Below are positions 10,500 to 23,244 of a stretch of 64,000 nt of DNA, in pieces; position 1 is the stretch's first letter; the number at the start of each line of letters is the position of its first letter. The notes under the pieces were generated by a model. The model ran no database searches. It had not been told where the DNA came from and saw only the letters and a list, made by a program, of their open reading frames with translations. The translations under genes were made by a program, and so were the position numbers. The stretch is taken from assembly GCA_002269645.1 (NCBI GenBank), contig NIVC01000471.1:1-64000 (forward strand), written 5' to 3'. This DNA is from Macrostomum lignano (taxonomy: Eukaryota).

Positions 10500-12983
10500 A
10501 ATGTGAGGGTTTCACGAGAGATATTCAGACAGACATTCGAAACGATCGTCTGTAACTTTAAACAAAATTGACCCGCTTCAACCATCTTTTTGGCAAATAC
10601 TTACGCAAGTGTTGGGCGTCAAATAAGCTTTAATTTATTAACTGAAGTAAAAATCCTTCTGACATACATTGATTTAAAAATTGCTTAGCAACACTAGCTC
10701 TGATTAGAAATCGCTTTACTATTGACTAAAATTGTTTTGATCGTAGCAGCCTAAAAGCAGATACTGGATTTAAAAATGCTTCGATTTACTCTATACGCAT
10801 GTCTCAGCTTTAAAATGACACCTCAGGCATCGCAAAAGACAGCTTTGATGCTGAGATATTCGACACTAAACATGCATTGCTTTGCGCAATCTCACATTCA
10901 GAGATTTCACTGATTTTTTGTCGATATTTGTGCAGCTGCCGTGTCCTTGTTTTTCATCAGAATCTTGTCAAATTCTAGTCATGTCCAGTTTAAACCTGGA
11001 CTTCTCTTAAACTGTCTTAAGTATTTGATTTTTAATGATTCCTGCCTTTATATTGCATAGATTGTACCTGAGTCAGTGAGTCTGTGAGTGTACATTTGTA
11101 CATATGGCAACCAATCATGACTTTTTCACCGCTTTGCGGTTCAAATAAATATACGAGTGTACAAGAAACATGTTCCAACTGTTATTGAGAGAAATTGACG
11201 TCGCGTTTATTAACAGTCAGTGGCAATTAATATGAAGCAAATAGTTTATTGTTATGTTTTTACTTTTTTTGCGTGGCAATTCTGCTATCCAAATCGGAAT
11301 GATGTAAGCGGTGGGAATAAAATAAAAAGGAAGAATTTTTTCTACTGTTGTTGCAACCCAATAGCTATATGTACTTCAAACTTTTTAGATTGAACAGGCG
11401 ATTTCTAATGTACTGCTAAGCTTTCCAATCCCTACGGACTACAGTAGCAGTTCTTAACTTTTTTTCTGTCTTGACTTCTAGACTCGGAATTCGGAACAAC
11501 CTAAGGAGCCGCATGAAAATATTTAATTGGATAAAGATATTTTCTAAAAACAGCTCAAGTCGTGACACATCTTCTTCTCACCTCAGTCCATCAACTGCTG
11601 CTCCTTCTGAGACCAAAGCGATCGTGAAAGTAAAACAGATCAGTTTAGATCCCATGGCCATGAATACAACCATTTCAATTGTGAACCTGCTTCGCTTACA
11701 AGTATGAGCACTAGCCTTCCATTTGATGCCATTAGCTCACTTAACTCTGAAATAGTTCAAGGACGGTTCCAAATGTTGAGATCTGACGTAGAAGCAGTCC
11801 AATTTGTGGAAATTTATCAACTGGACTCCATGAATCACTCCAATGAAAGGCGGCGAATAGCTGTAGAATGCGTAAACAAGTTTAAGTGAGTCACAAAAAC
11901 CCCATTTACTGTAACTACATACACTTGTACGTTAGCAAGGCTCCATGCGATGGTTAATAAATGGAGAAGTAGACAAGCATCTGAACAAATATTGAATAAA
12001 AATCAGTGAAGTTTCCGAATGTGAGTTTGAGCAAAGCAATGTTTAGTGTCGAATATCTCAGCATCAAAGCTGTCTTTTGCAATGCCTGAGGTGTCATTTT
12101 AAAGCTGAGACATGCGTATAGACATGACTAGAATTTGACAAGATTCTGATGAAAAACAAGGACATGGCAACTGCACAAATATCGACAAAAAATCAGTGAA
12201 ATTTCTGAATGTGAGATTGCGCAAAGCAATGCATGTTTAGTGTCGAATATCTCAGCATCAAAGCTGTCTTTTGCGATGCCTGAGGTGTCACCCTAAAGCT
12301 GAGACATGCGTATAGAGCAAATCGAAGCACTTTTAAATCCAGTATCTGCTTTTAGGCTGCTACAATCAAAACAATTTTAGTCAACAGTAAAGCGATTTCT
12401 AATCAGAGCTAGTGTTGCTAAGCAATTTTTAAATCAATGTATGTCAGAAGGATTTTTACTTCAGTTAATAAATTAAAGCTTATTTAATGCCCAACACTTG
12501 CGTAAGTATTTGCCAAAAAGATGGTTGAAGCGGGTCAATTTTGTTTGAAGTTACAGACAATCATTTTGAATGTCTGTCTGAATGGGTCTCCCTAAAACAC
12601 GCCCTGCACCGCCCTGCAGCGCTACACATTAAAACAAATTGGACTATAACTAAAGACACTTCAGAATGCGTTTTCTGTTAAGCTTCAAGTTTTTATTAAA
12701 TTTAGTTTTTTTTACTTTGAAATATAAAATTCGGTGAACAATAAGTGATATTAATAATAATATTAATAAAATAATAATATTATAATTTAATAATGAAAAT
12801 GAGAATATAAAAAATAATATTTAAAAAAAAATAAAGATATTTATTCCATTACTATTTTAACTTTTCCTTGCAATCAAATACTGCATTGACAAAAAATGTT
12901 ATAATGTGTAGCAGTTCGGGGCCCGGTGCGGGGCGTGTTTTAGGGAGCCTTTGTCTGAATATCTCTCGTGAAACCCTCACATT
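10500..12983. mobile_element. Long-TIR (about 480 bp) fold-back-type non-autonomous element nested in the hAT element
   Basis: 10500-10985 is the reverse complement of 12121-12583 plus 12952-12983. A partial extra TIR copy lies at 12000-12120. No TSD resolved. Confidence 0.75.
12584..12951. mobile_element. Mutator-like MITE (368 bp) inserted in the right TIR of the fold-back element
   Basis: 9-bp TSD TGTCTGAAT (12575-12583, 12952-12960). Imperfect TIRs of about 50 bp (CTCCCTAAAACACGCCC...). AT-rich core. Confidence 0.82.
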
Positions 12984-13805
12984 GCTCACATTTCAGACAA
13001 CTGGGAATGTATATTTTAATATCTTACATAAGGCTATATAGCTATAGGCTATATCGCCTATATGACTTAATAGGATTTAAAGAGTTATTTTGTTTCATAT
13101 TTTAAAATTTAAGGCAGTGCATAAAAAATAGCTTAAGCATGGTTAAGCCGTTAAAGAAAAATGGTTATAAGACCGCACCTAAACCGCACCTACTTTTTTA
13201 ATTTCAGGGTGCGATTTTAAAATTTAGGGTGCATACGCACACTCTGCGCACAAAAAAACCCTGCTGGTCTACATTCAGACTTACTTAATTGCAAGACTGC
13301 CATCCATGTACCTACTCAGGGGCTACGAATATATCTATATATATACTCGTCTATATATACGCCTAGGCCTATATCTATCTATGCTCCATCTAGTAGGGGC
13401 CTAGAATCAAGAAGTTTGAATAAGGCCTAAGTCTAAATAAATGTGGGGTAATAATATTAATAAATCAGTACATATTGGCATAAAATAGCAGCTTGCTACT
13501 GGTGCAATGCCGAAAGAAATAATAAAAAATTATCTACCTGATTTCCATAAGAGCCTAATTTGCGGCTTTTACCATCAGTTGCTTATTCTTGAAAAGCTAA
13601 CTAGAAGTATTATATTAGTGTTCTTGGAATTTTGTGTGTTTGAATTTTTTGTTATAGGGCCTACTTCACAATATAAACATTATGAAGTTGTTTAAATTAC
13701 AGTTATGTGCTACCTGGCATCTCTCTATTTTCCCAGCTGTTTTATATTTTAGGTTCAGACGTGTAATGACAATTCCACTTCTCCGTTTCTCTTCCATAAA
13801 ATCAG

Positions 13806-16800
13806 CCGTATATACACATTAGGCGGTATAGAACACGGCAAAAACCGCCTATAAGGCGGTCCGTGTCATGCTATATGATACGGTAGCATGCTATTGATTG
13901 CCTTTTGTATGCGCACTTAGGACCCAAAATGGCACAAATTTGAACAGCCGTTTCTGCTCATTTTTATATAATTCACTATGCAAAGTAGCGATTTTACTAC
14001 TATTTTCTAGTACAGTAATGCTAGATAATTAGGATGACTTCTAAAGTTACAAGTATCGAAACATTTGACATTATTTATGTAGCTCTAGCTGTTTATTATT
14101 TCCACATCACTGAAATAGCGAATTAATATTAGAACAAGAGAACAATAAGACTCGACCTGACTTAAGTGAACTTTAAAGCGTGACAGGAATAGGATGGCGC
14201 TCAGTTTGTAGCTAGGCCTATGCACAATTTTGTAACTCAATAACTGTGTGACTAATCTAAGGCTATATATTCTACTTTCTGAACACTGAGTTTAGGAGAG
14301 AAACTATCTAGTAAAGCTATAACTGATATATTGAGCAGGCATAATTTAGGGTTCTAATAGACTATAGCCTATTATATATACCTAGTATAACTAGCTGCTA
14401 GCATAAAATTCCATAAATGGAGTTATTATTTATATTTTAAAGTTTATTATTAAATTTGGTTCTATTCTACTATTTTATGTTATAGGCTAAGCCAATTAGT
14501 ATTTAGTAGGCCCTATTTAAAAGGTTCTATTTTTTGTTTTTTAACCTTTTTCTTCCCCACACATACCCTGCTAGCCTTCTCTATACCCTGCTATTTTTTA
14601 CTATACCCTGCCACTTTTGTCTATACCCTGCTGCTAGCCTTCTCTATACCTTGCTGCTTTTTACTATTTCCTGCTAGCCTTCATTATATCATGCTGGCCT
14701 TCTTATACCCTACTGGCTTTTCCCATATCCTGCTAGCCAGCCTTTTCCACATTCTGTTAGCCTTCCTTATACCCCACTGGCCTTCCTATATGCTGCTACC
14801 CTTTCTTAGGCCCTACCTATGCAGACCTTCCCCATATCCTGGTGGCCTTTTCTATACCTTGCTGTTTTTCACTATACCTTGCCACCTTTGTCTATACCCT
14901 GCTAGCTTTCTCTATATCCTATTGCCCTTCACTATACCCTAGTGGCTTTCCACACCCTGCTACCCTTTCTTACCAATGCAGGCCTTCCCCACATCCTGGT
15001 GGCCTTTTCCATACCCTGCTGGCTTTCCCTACTCTCTGTCCCTGCTACCCTTTCCCATACCCTGCTTGCCTTCCCACACCCTGCTGTCCTTCCCCGCACC
15101 CTCCTTGCTTTCCCCACGCCCTGCTTGCCTTCCTCACACCCTCCTTGCTTTCCCCACACCCTGCTTGCCTTCCACACACCCTGCTTGCCTTCCCCACACC
15201 CTGCTTGCCTTCCCCGCACCCTACTTGCCTTCCCCGCACCCTCCTTGCCTTCCCCGCACCCTGCTGTCCTTCCCCACACCTTGCTGTCCTTAACCACGCC
15301 CTGATGGCCTTCTCCACACGTTTGTGGCCTTCCACACAGCCTGGTTCTTTTCACCATACCATACCCTGCTTGCCTTCCCTGCACCCTGTTCCCTTCCCTA
15401 TACCCTGCTGGCCTTCTCCACATCCTGCTGGTCTTCCCCACACCCTGCTACACCCTGGTGAAACTCTGAAGCTTATTTGTTTCATTTTCTTAACGCAATC
15501 TTAGCGTCGACCTCTAACAAAGCGTTTTGTTTTTTCTTTGGAAATTATCAGATGTCCACATTTTGCGAATCTGATTTCAGCTACATGGGAAGACGAAAGC
15601 AGTCTGTTGCCAAGACGTCAATAAAGTATTGTACTCCTGCGTGTCGTAAGCGAGCACGTATCGTTCGAACGCCGGTGACATCGAAATGTTGCATTCCGTA
15701 AGTATAACTGTTCAAATGATTCACATATTCTTTCCTTGATCGCTAGTTTTTTCTCTACAGTGATGCCCAGCCTGTATACAACAACGACCCAGCTGAAGAA
15801 GAATGGTTGGATATCCAAGACGACCCTATCGTTGCGGAAGAAGTCGAGACTCATGACGATCGTGCTCAATGCAAGTCAGCAAAGCCAAGCCGTTTCAAGA
15901 CCTTTTGCAGTGAAGAAAACGACGCTTGGAATGAGTTATTTCAGTCAGGGGTCCTGACTGTCGGTTTAGCGGGTCACTACAACAAGCGCCCATGTGTCAT
16001 TTGCGGTTGCAAGACTGAAATATTCCGGTGCCTTAAGTGTCACTTACTATCGGTCTGCTCCACTTGCTTAGAGGCCCGCCATGCCCATATGCCGCCCCAT
16101 GCTGTTGAACGCTGGAATGTAAGTTCATACTATTCGGTTCTGCTTTAATTGTGATTATGTTGCTTATATTGTATTAAAGTATATATTTCTATACTGTATT
16201 GAATGCCTTCTTACATGCATTGAGTATTTTCTAAAATATGATACCTAGCAGCAGTGCTCTTTTCTACCCGCTCGACAGGGTGACTTCTTTGAGGCCGTTT
16301 CATCACAAGTGCGGCTTTCTCGGCTGTGCAGCTGTCTTCTCTACAGCGTACTTTCGGTCACTATTGTGACTGATGATGGTAATTCTTGGCTGAATTTTGC
16401 ATTTTTCCTGTTTGCAATAGCTCACTTTGTGCGGGGAAGGACAGAAGGGTGTGGGGAAGGCAAGCAGGGTGTGTGGAAGGCAAGCAGGGTGTGGGGAAAG
16501 CAAGGAGGGTGTGGGGAAGGCAAGCAGGCGGTGGGGAAAGCAAGGAGGGTGTGGGGAAGGCAAGCAGGGTGTGGGGAAGGCAAGGAGGGTGCGGGGAAGG
16601 CAAGCAGGGTGTGGGGAAGGCAAGCAGGGTGCGGGGAAGGCACGCAGGGTGCGGGGAAGGCAAGGAGGGTGCGGGGAAGGCAAGGAGGGTGCGGGGAAGG
16701 CAAGGAGGGTGTGGGGAAGGCAAGCAGCGTGCGGGGAAGGACAGAAGGGTGTGAGGAAGGCAAGCAGGGTGTGGGGAAAGCAAGGAGGGTGTGGGGAAGG

Positions 16801-18541
16801 CAAGCAGGGTACGGGGAAGGCAAGCAGGGTGCGGGGAAGACAATCAGGGTGTGGGGAAGGCAAGCAGGGTGCGGGGAAGGCACGCAGGGTGCGGGGAAGG
16901 CAAGGAGGGTGCGGGGAAGGCAAGTAGGGTGCGGGGAAGGCAAGCAGCGTGCGGGGAAGGACAGAAGGGTGTGGGGAAGGCAAGCAGGGTGTGTGGAAGG
17001 CAAGCAGTGTGTGGGGAAGGCAAGCAGCGTGCGGGGAAGGACAGAAGGGTGTGGGGAAGGCAAGCAGGGTGTGTGGAAGGCAAGCAGGGTGTGGGGAAGG
17101 CAAGCAGCGTGCGGGGAAGGACAGAAGGGTGTGGGGAAGGCAAGCAGGGTGTGGGGAAGGCAAGCAGGGTGTGTGGAAGGCAAGCAGGGTGTGGGGAAAG
17201 CAAGGAGGGTGTGAGGAAGGCAAGCAGGGCGTGGGGAAAGCAAGGAGGGTGCGGGGAAGGACAGCAGGGTGTGGGAAGGCAAGCAGGGTATGGGAAAGGG
17301 TAGCAGGGACAGAGAGTAGGGAAAGCCAGCAGGGTATGGAAAAGGCCACCAGGATGTGGGGAAGGCCTGCATTGGTAAGAAAGGGTAGCAGGGTGTGGAA
17401 AGCCACTAGGGTATAGTGAAGGGCAATAGGATATAGAGAAAGCTAGCAGGGTATAGACAAAGGTGGCAAGGTATAGTGAAAAACAGCAAGGTATAGAAAA
17501 GGCCACCAGGATATGGGGAAGGTCTGCATAGGTAGGGCCTAAGAAAGGGTAGCAGCATATAGGAAGGCCAGTGGGTATAAGGAAGGCTAACAGAATGTGG
17601 AAAAGGCTGGCTAGCAGGATATGGGAAAAGCCAGTAGGGTATAAGAAGGCCAGCATGATATAATGAAGGCTAGCAGGAAATAGTAAAAAGCAGCAAGGTA
17701 TAGAGAAGGCTAGCAGCAGGGTATAGACAAAAGTGGCAGGGTATAGTAAAAAATAGCAGGGTATAGAGAAGGCTAGCAGGGTATGTGTGGGGAAGAAAAA
17801 GGTTAAAAAACAAAAAATAGATTCTTTTAAATAGGGCCTACTAAATACTAATTGGCTTAGCCTATAACATAAAATAGTAGAATAGAACCAAATTTAATAA
17901 TAAACTTTAAAATATAAATAATAACTCCATTTATGGAATTTTATGCTAGCAGCTAGTTATACTAGGTATATATAATAGGCTATAGTCTATTAGAACCCTA
18001 AATTATGCCTGCTCAATATATCAGTTATAGCTTTACTAGATAGTTTCTCTCCTAAACTCAGTGTTCAGAAAGTAGAATATATAGCCTTAGATTAGTCACA
18101 CAGTTATTGAGTTACAAAATTGTGCATAGGCCTAGCTACAAACTGAGCGCCATCCTATTCCTGTCACGCTTTAAAGTTCACTTAAGTCAGGTCGAGTCTT
18201 ATTGTTCTCTTGTTCTAATATTAATTCGCTATTTCAGTGATGTGGAAATAATAAACAGCTAGAGCTACATAAATAATGTCAAATGTTTCGATACTTGTAA
18301 CTTTAGAAGTCATCCTAATTATCTAGCATTACTGTACTAGAAAATAGTAGTAAAATCGCTACTTTGCATAGTGAATTATATAAAAATGAGCAGAAACGGC
18401 TGTTCAAATTTGTGCCATTTTGGGTCCTAAGTGCGCATACAAAAGGCAATCAATAGCATGCTACCGTATCATATAGCATGACACGGACCGCCTTATAGGC
18501 GGTTTTTGCCGTGTTCTATATCGCCTAACGTGTATATACGG
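13806..18541. mobile_element. 4.7-kb DNA transposon derivative with TIRs of at least 1.4 kb containing internal minisatellites
   Basis: 13806-about 15250 is the near-perfect reverse complement of about 17100-18541. 20-bp units CCCTGCTTGCCTTCCCCACA expand inward on both arms. Termini read CCGTATATACAC, or CAC flanked by TATATA. Confidence 0.88.
15552..16378 (+). pseudogene. Spliced 5' fragment of a CxC2/CxC3-type (KDZ/Zisupton-class) transposase gene
   Basis: Phase-compatible exons 15552-15697, 15761-16118 and 16249-16378 with GT-AG ends. CVICGCKTEIFRCLKCHLLSVCSTCLEARHAHMPPHAVERWN fits the CxC cluster pattern. The catalytic domain is absent. Confidence 0.6.
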
Positions 18542-19869
18542 GTTCCGTTCCGTTCACCCTGCGGTCCCCACATTTCCCACCCGTTTATATTGCTCATGAT
18601 AGTTTATAAAAAGAGCCGCCCTGTGCAGGGTAGAACCGCGCATCTCTCGTTTTCCTAAATTGCTATACAGCATATACTCATCGGCCCCTATGTAAGCCCA
18701 AATTCTATCCGAGCGGTTACAGTCATTTCGGCGAAAATTGACACTTCGACGAAGGACATTTCGGCGAAAGTTGGATAATACTTAGAGATTTAGTATATTT
18801 GGATTGGTCATTTCGGTGAAAGGGGTATACGAACGGCGGGAATCTGACAAATCATTGACCGAGGGATCGAATCACGTTATTTTGTGACGGTGGTGTTGTA
18901 ACTGCAGTACGCTCGTATATAGTGTATGTGCTCAAACTAAGTACTGTCATATATATACTTGTAACCATATGCAGTATTTCTTAGTTTATACAATTATCGT
19001 ATTGTCAGTTTTAAATAATGTATTTGTTTAAATGAGCGAGTATAATTATTGTATACCCTCGAAACATTTCAATTTTTTAAGCAAGCAATATTTAGTTTCA
19101 AGTTGTATGTCACGAAAAAGTATAGCGACAATAAAAGTATGCGTGATTCTAGCTTTCGCAGCTTACCTTGATTAATAGATGTTTTGATAACAATTGCTTT
19201 GAGGTATCGACTGTATTTCTATTGCTTACGCGACGACAAATGCAGTCATCGTTTAACAGCTGGGATTGGTTAGCGGGAATCACAGACGAGCGCACATTTC
19301 TGGAATATATCATATGTTGCTTAATAATTCGTGACTTCGTGCCTCTCGGGCATTTCAAGAACAAAGATCTGAAAAAGTGTTCGAAGGCAAGCTTAGTCGT
19401 ATTGATTTCTTCTAAAGTCCTGGTAATTCAATTGCTGCGGGGGTCAGCTTGCCCCACAAGCTTTCATGATGAGACAATAATTACATGTAATTGCTAACGG
19501 CAAGTCTTCTCTTCACTGAACTTTATTCTGTTCGAGGCCACAGTATATATTTACATGTATGCAAGAGATTTTACTGTAAAGCCACAGGATTTTCCTGCGT
19601 CTAGAATCAACAAGCCGTGAGTTCTGCATTTTTTGTCTCGATTTAGCTGTGTAAGACCTCTCTGCATGCACTTCATTTGTGAGCGTCTTCTGCAGTCAGG
19701 AGAGTTATGCTTTACCCATAAGGATTACATAAGTTCCTCTGTTTCCTTCATACTCCCTCTCCACCTCACTCTCCCCCCTCTGCCCCATTATCCCCAATTG
19801 TCTCCCTCACAGTTTCTTTCCCCCTATCTTCCGTCATCACCCTCAGCCTCCCTCTCTTCCCTAACTTAA

Positions 19870-19872
<3 letters not shown>

Positions 19873-19906
<34 letters not shown>

Positions 19907-19911
19907 CTTCC

Positions 19912-19952
<41 letters not shown>

Positions 19953-19972
19953 TAGATAGAACCTATAACTAT

Positions 19973-20006
<34 letters not shown>

Positions 20007-20026
20007 TAGATAGAACCTATAACTAT

Positions 20027-20068
<42 letters not shown>

Positions 20069-20207
20069 TAGATAGAACCTATAACTATGACAGACAGACA
20101 GACAGATAGAACCTATAACTATGACAGAAAGACAGACAGACAGACTGACAGCCAGACAGACAGACAGAGAGCCAGCCAGCCAGACAGAACCTATAACTAT
20201 GACAGAA

Positions 20208-20260
<53 letters not shown>

Positions 20261-20379
20261 TACAGACAAACAGAGAGCCAGACAGACTAATAGAACCTAT
20301 GACTATGACAGAAAGACAGACAGACAGACAGACACTAAGACAGAAATAGAAAGACAGACAGACAGACAGACAGACACTA

Positions 20380-20414
<35 letters not shown>

Positions 20415-20438
20415 TAGATAGATAGAACATATAACAAT

Positions 20439-20477
<39 letters not shown>

Positions 20478-20541
20478 TAATAGAACCTATGACTATGACA
20501 GAAAGACAGACAAACAGACAGACACTAAGACAGAAATAGAA

Positions 20542-20596
<55 letters not shown>

Positions 20597-20657
20597 TAGA
20601 TAGAACCTATAACTATGACAGACAGACAGACAGATAGAACCTATAACTATGACAGAA

Positions 20658-20688
<31 letters not shown>

Positions 20689-21370
20689 GAGCCAGCCAGC
20701 CAGACAGAACCTGTAACTATGACAGAAAGACAGACAGACAGACGGACAGACAGACAGACGGACAGACAGACAGACAGACAGCCAGCCAGCCAGACAGACT
20801 AATAGAACCTATGACTATGACAGAAAGACAGGCAGACAGACAGACACTAAGACAGAAATAGAAAGACAGACAGACAGACAGACATAGAAAGACAGACAGA
20901 CAGACAGACAGACAGGCAGACAGACAAACAGACAAAGATAGACAGACAAACAGGCACTAAGATAGACCGACACGGCAGGTACAGACTGACAGACAGATAC
21001 TAAAGGTACACTACACAGACACTAAGGCAGACAGACCAACAGATAGGCAGACAGACAGACACTAAAGACAGACATACAGAGAGACAATAAAGAGAGACAC
21101 TAAGCCAGACAGACAGACACAAAGACAGACAGACAGACAGATAGATACTAAGACAGTCAGACACTAGAACAGACAGACAGACAGACACTAAAGACAGTCA
21201 GACAGTAAGACAGACAAATACAGACAGACAGATAGAGTCGACGACAGACAGACAGACAGAGTCGATAGACAGACAGACAGAGTCGACACTCAACAGACAG
21301 ACGGAGACAGGACACTAAGAGTAAGACAGACGGAGAAAGACTGAAGGAATGAGCTGACTCACTCAGACAC
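19873..21370. repeat. (CT)n followed by a complex (GACA)n satellite with recurring GATAGAACCTATAACTAT spacer
   Basis: Direct inspection. Confidence 0.96.
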
Positions 21371-21829
21371 AAATAAGAGACTGTCCTCTCCTGGGCTGGG
21401 TCTAATTGCTGATTAGAGTGTGCATTGCGTTCATGTTCATGTTGTGTGTCATCGCCTTCGCTATGGAGGAACGAAAGTGGTGTGATGACTGGTGAGTAAG
21501 ACTAAGAGAGACGTAGATTTATTGTCACCTTCCTTTCTTCCATTGCGTTGCGTCAGAAATGGCCGACCAACCAAGTCCAATATTGATGCAACGCACACTG
21601 GAAAGAGAGGGATTGCGTTTAAACACAGGGTAAGACATGCAGGCACAGGATACTGGAATAAAACCGATCGATATTCTTACACACACGCACACCCCAGTTT
21701 CAATAGCAGAGGCCGTGGGGTCCAATGACAGCGTGGCGCCCTGGCCCTCACCTCTTTCCCTCCACCGCTTGCCTTATATCAATCGGGACTCACAAAGCGC
21801 AAGCCGACCACAGGTCCACGGCTTAAAAT

Positions 21830-22559
21830 GGCAGCCTAGCTGGCTGGTTGGAGTCTTTCTGTTTCTACACCTTTAGTTGTTGGTCTTCAAGTTGCTTTCT
21901 TTACAAGTTTGGCTGGGAACTGGTTCTATTACCAGAACCAGTATTTGGCTACTTTCAATGTAAGTTTTTCAATTTTGAATTGCTACTTATATATACTGCT
22001 TAACTGCTATGACAAACTTATTTTTTAGCTAGTTGTAGTTACAGAAATTCAAATTCTAAATGGGTAATTCTTAGATTATATAGTGCATGCTTATAACTAG
22101 CAGATTCAAAAGTAATATAATTAATAATTTACAAGTAGTCTAATTTATAGTGTTTAAGCTATTCACGGGCATTGAGAGTGAGAGGTTTAGGCTAGCTTGG
22201 TACTTTTTATCCTTAGGCCTACAAGCCTTTGTCTTGAAGCGTTTTTATTTGCCATTTTGTCATACATGCTTTGGTATGTCTCTTCGAGAGGCACATCGAA
22301 TAATTTACATGAAACTGATGAGACTTAGTAGCTATAGCTCTTCACGTGTTGTTCGTATCTGTCTTCTCTGTGTCTTCAGCTTTATGTTTTCCTATAGGTA
22401 GTCTAGCGATTTTGTGGCAGTCCGTTGACTTGAAGGCTATAACTACTGACGACTATCGATCCTCAGTTTCCAGGCTGGCGGCTATAATTCCCTTCTGGAT
22501 CCTCGCCTCTGTGGTCGGATATCAGACCAAGAAAGAACTCGAACACATTATGTTATCTG
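21830..22559 (+). other. Possible exons of an unidentified hydrophobic membrane-protein gene
   Basis: Phase-compatible donor at 21960 and acceptor at 22150 (…FGYFQ|LFKLFTG…). A further candidate exon at 22398-22559. No start codon or family recognised. Confidence 0.25.
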
Positions 22560-23244
22560 GTAGGTTAACCTAACGGAGCTCAAAGCTAACTCTCTAGCAA
22601 AACCGCGGGGTCGCGTTTTTCCGCGCTCCGCTCCGACTTATATAATATTCTCGAAACCGAGGGGATGAAAAACTTAGCAACGGCAAGCAAGAGGATTTGT
22701 CCTGAACGAGGTCACAGCCTCAACTCTAGCACAGTCATAACTCATAAGCCTTAAACTAGTTAGTTGGTAGGCACACCAACCCCTTTTCTATGGTAGCGGG
22801 GGGCAGCCCTGAAACGCATTAGCTAAGTTAGGAAGTGTTCCCGCTTCTACCCAGACCTCTTTCCTACTGTTCGTTATCCCTTTCCCCTTCATCGATCCAG
22901 TCTTCTTGTGCGGTCCCGGCCTTCTCCGGCTTTCGTCTCCAGGCGGGGTCCAGGTCAACTCCTCATCAGTCTCCCCCGCGGGCCGGTTCCAACCAGTTCC
23001 AGTTTTGCTGTCTGTACGGGCCGCGTTCGCGCTGTAATGAAAGGGTGAGCTCCGGGCGTGTCCTCATCTAACCTCTCTGCTTTCAGTTGCTTGCCCTCTC
23101 TACTGTTGCTATTTTCTGCCCTGATTTTATCCTAGAGCTCTCTTGAATTCGTTTCAGATTTCTAAGTCTTATAGTAGCTACCACATAATCATTCATGAAT
23201 GCTCAATCCCGTACTACTGAAGAGTTTGCTTTAGCACACTAGAG

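Larger units (their letters stand above)
10394..13263. mobile_element. Non-autonomous hAT-like DNA transposon
   Basis: 8-bp TSD CTGGTCTA (10386-10393 and 13264-13271). TIR C(A/T)GGGTTTTTTT. Subterminal GGTGCG/CGCACC motifs at both ends. Confidence 0.8.

Noticed and set aside
14842-17656. Many Pro-rich or Gly/Arg-rich ORFs on both strands
   Set aside because: They are products of the 20-bp TIR minisatellite.
18700-18830. Three CATTTCGG(C/T)GAAA direct repeats suggesting a transposon end
   Set aside because: No partner end, TSD or coding region found in the window.
19149-19500. Short ORFs possibly from a decayed transposase
   Set aside because: No recognisable motif in any frame.
19766-21372. 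TDRQ- and SVCL-repeat ORFs
   Set aside because: They are (GACA)n microsatellite translations.
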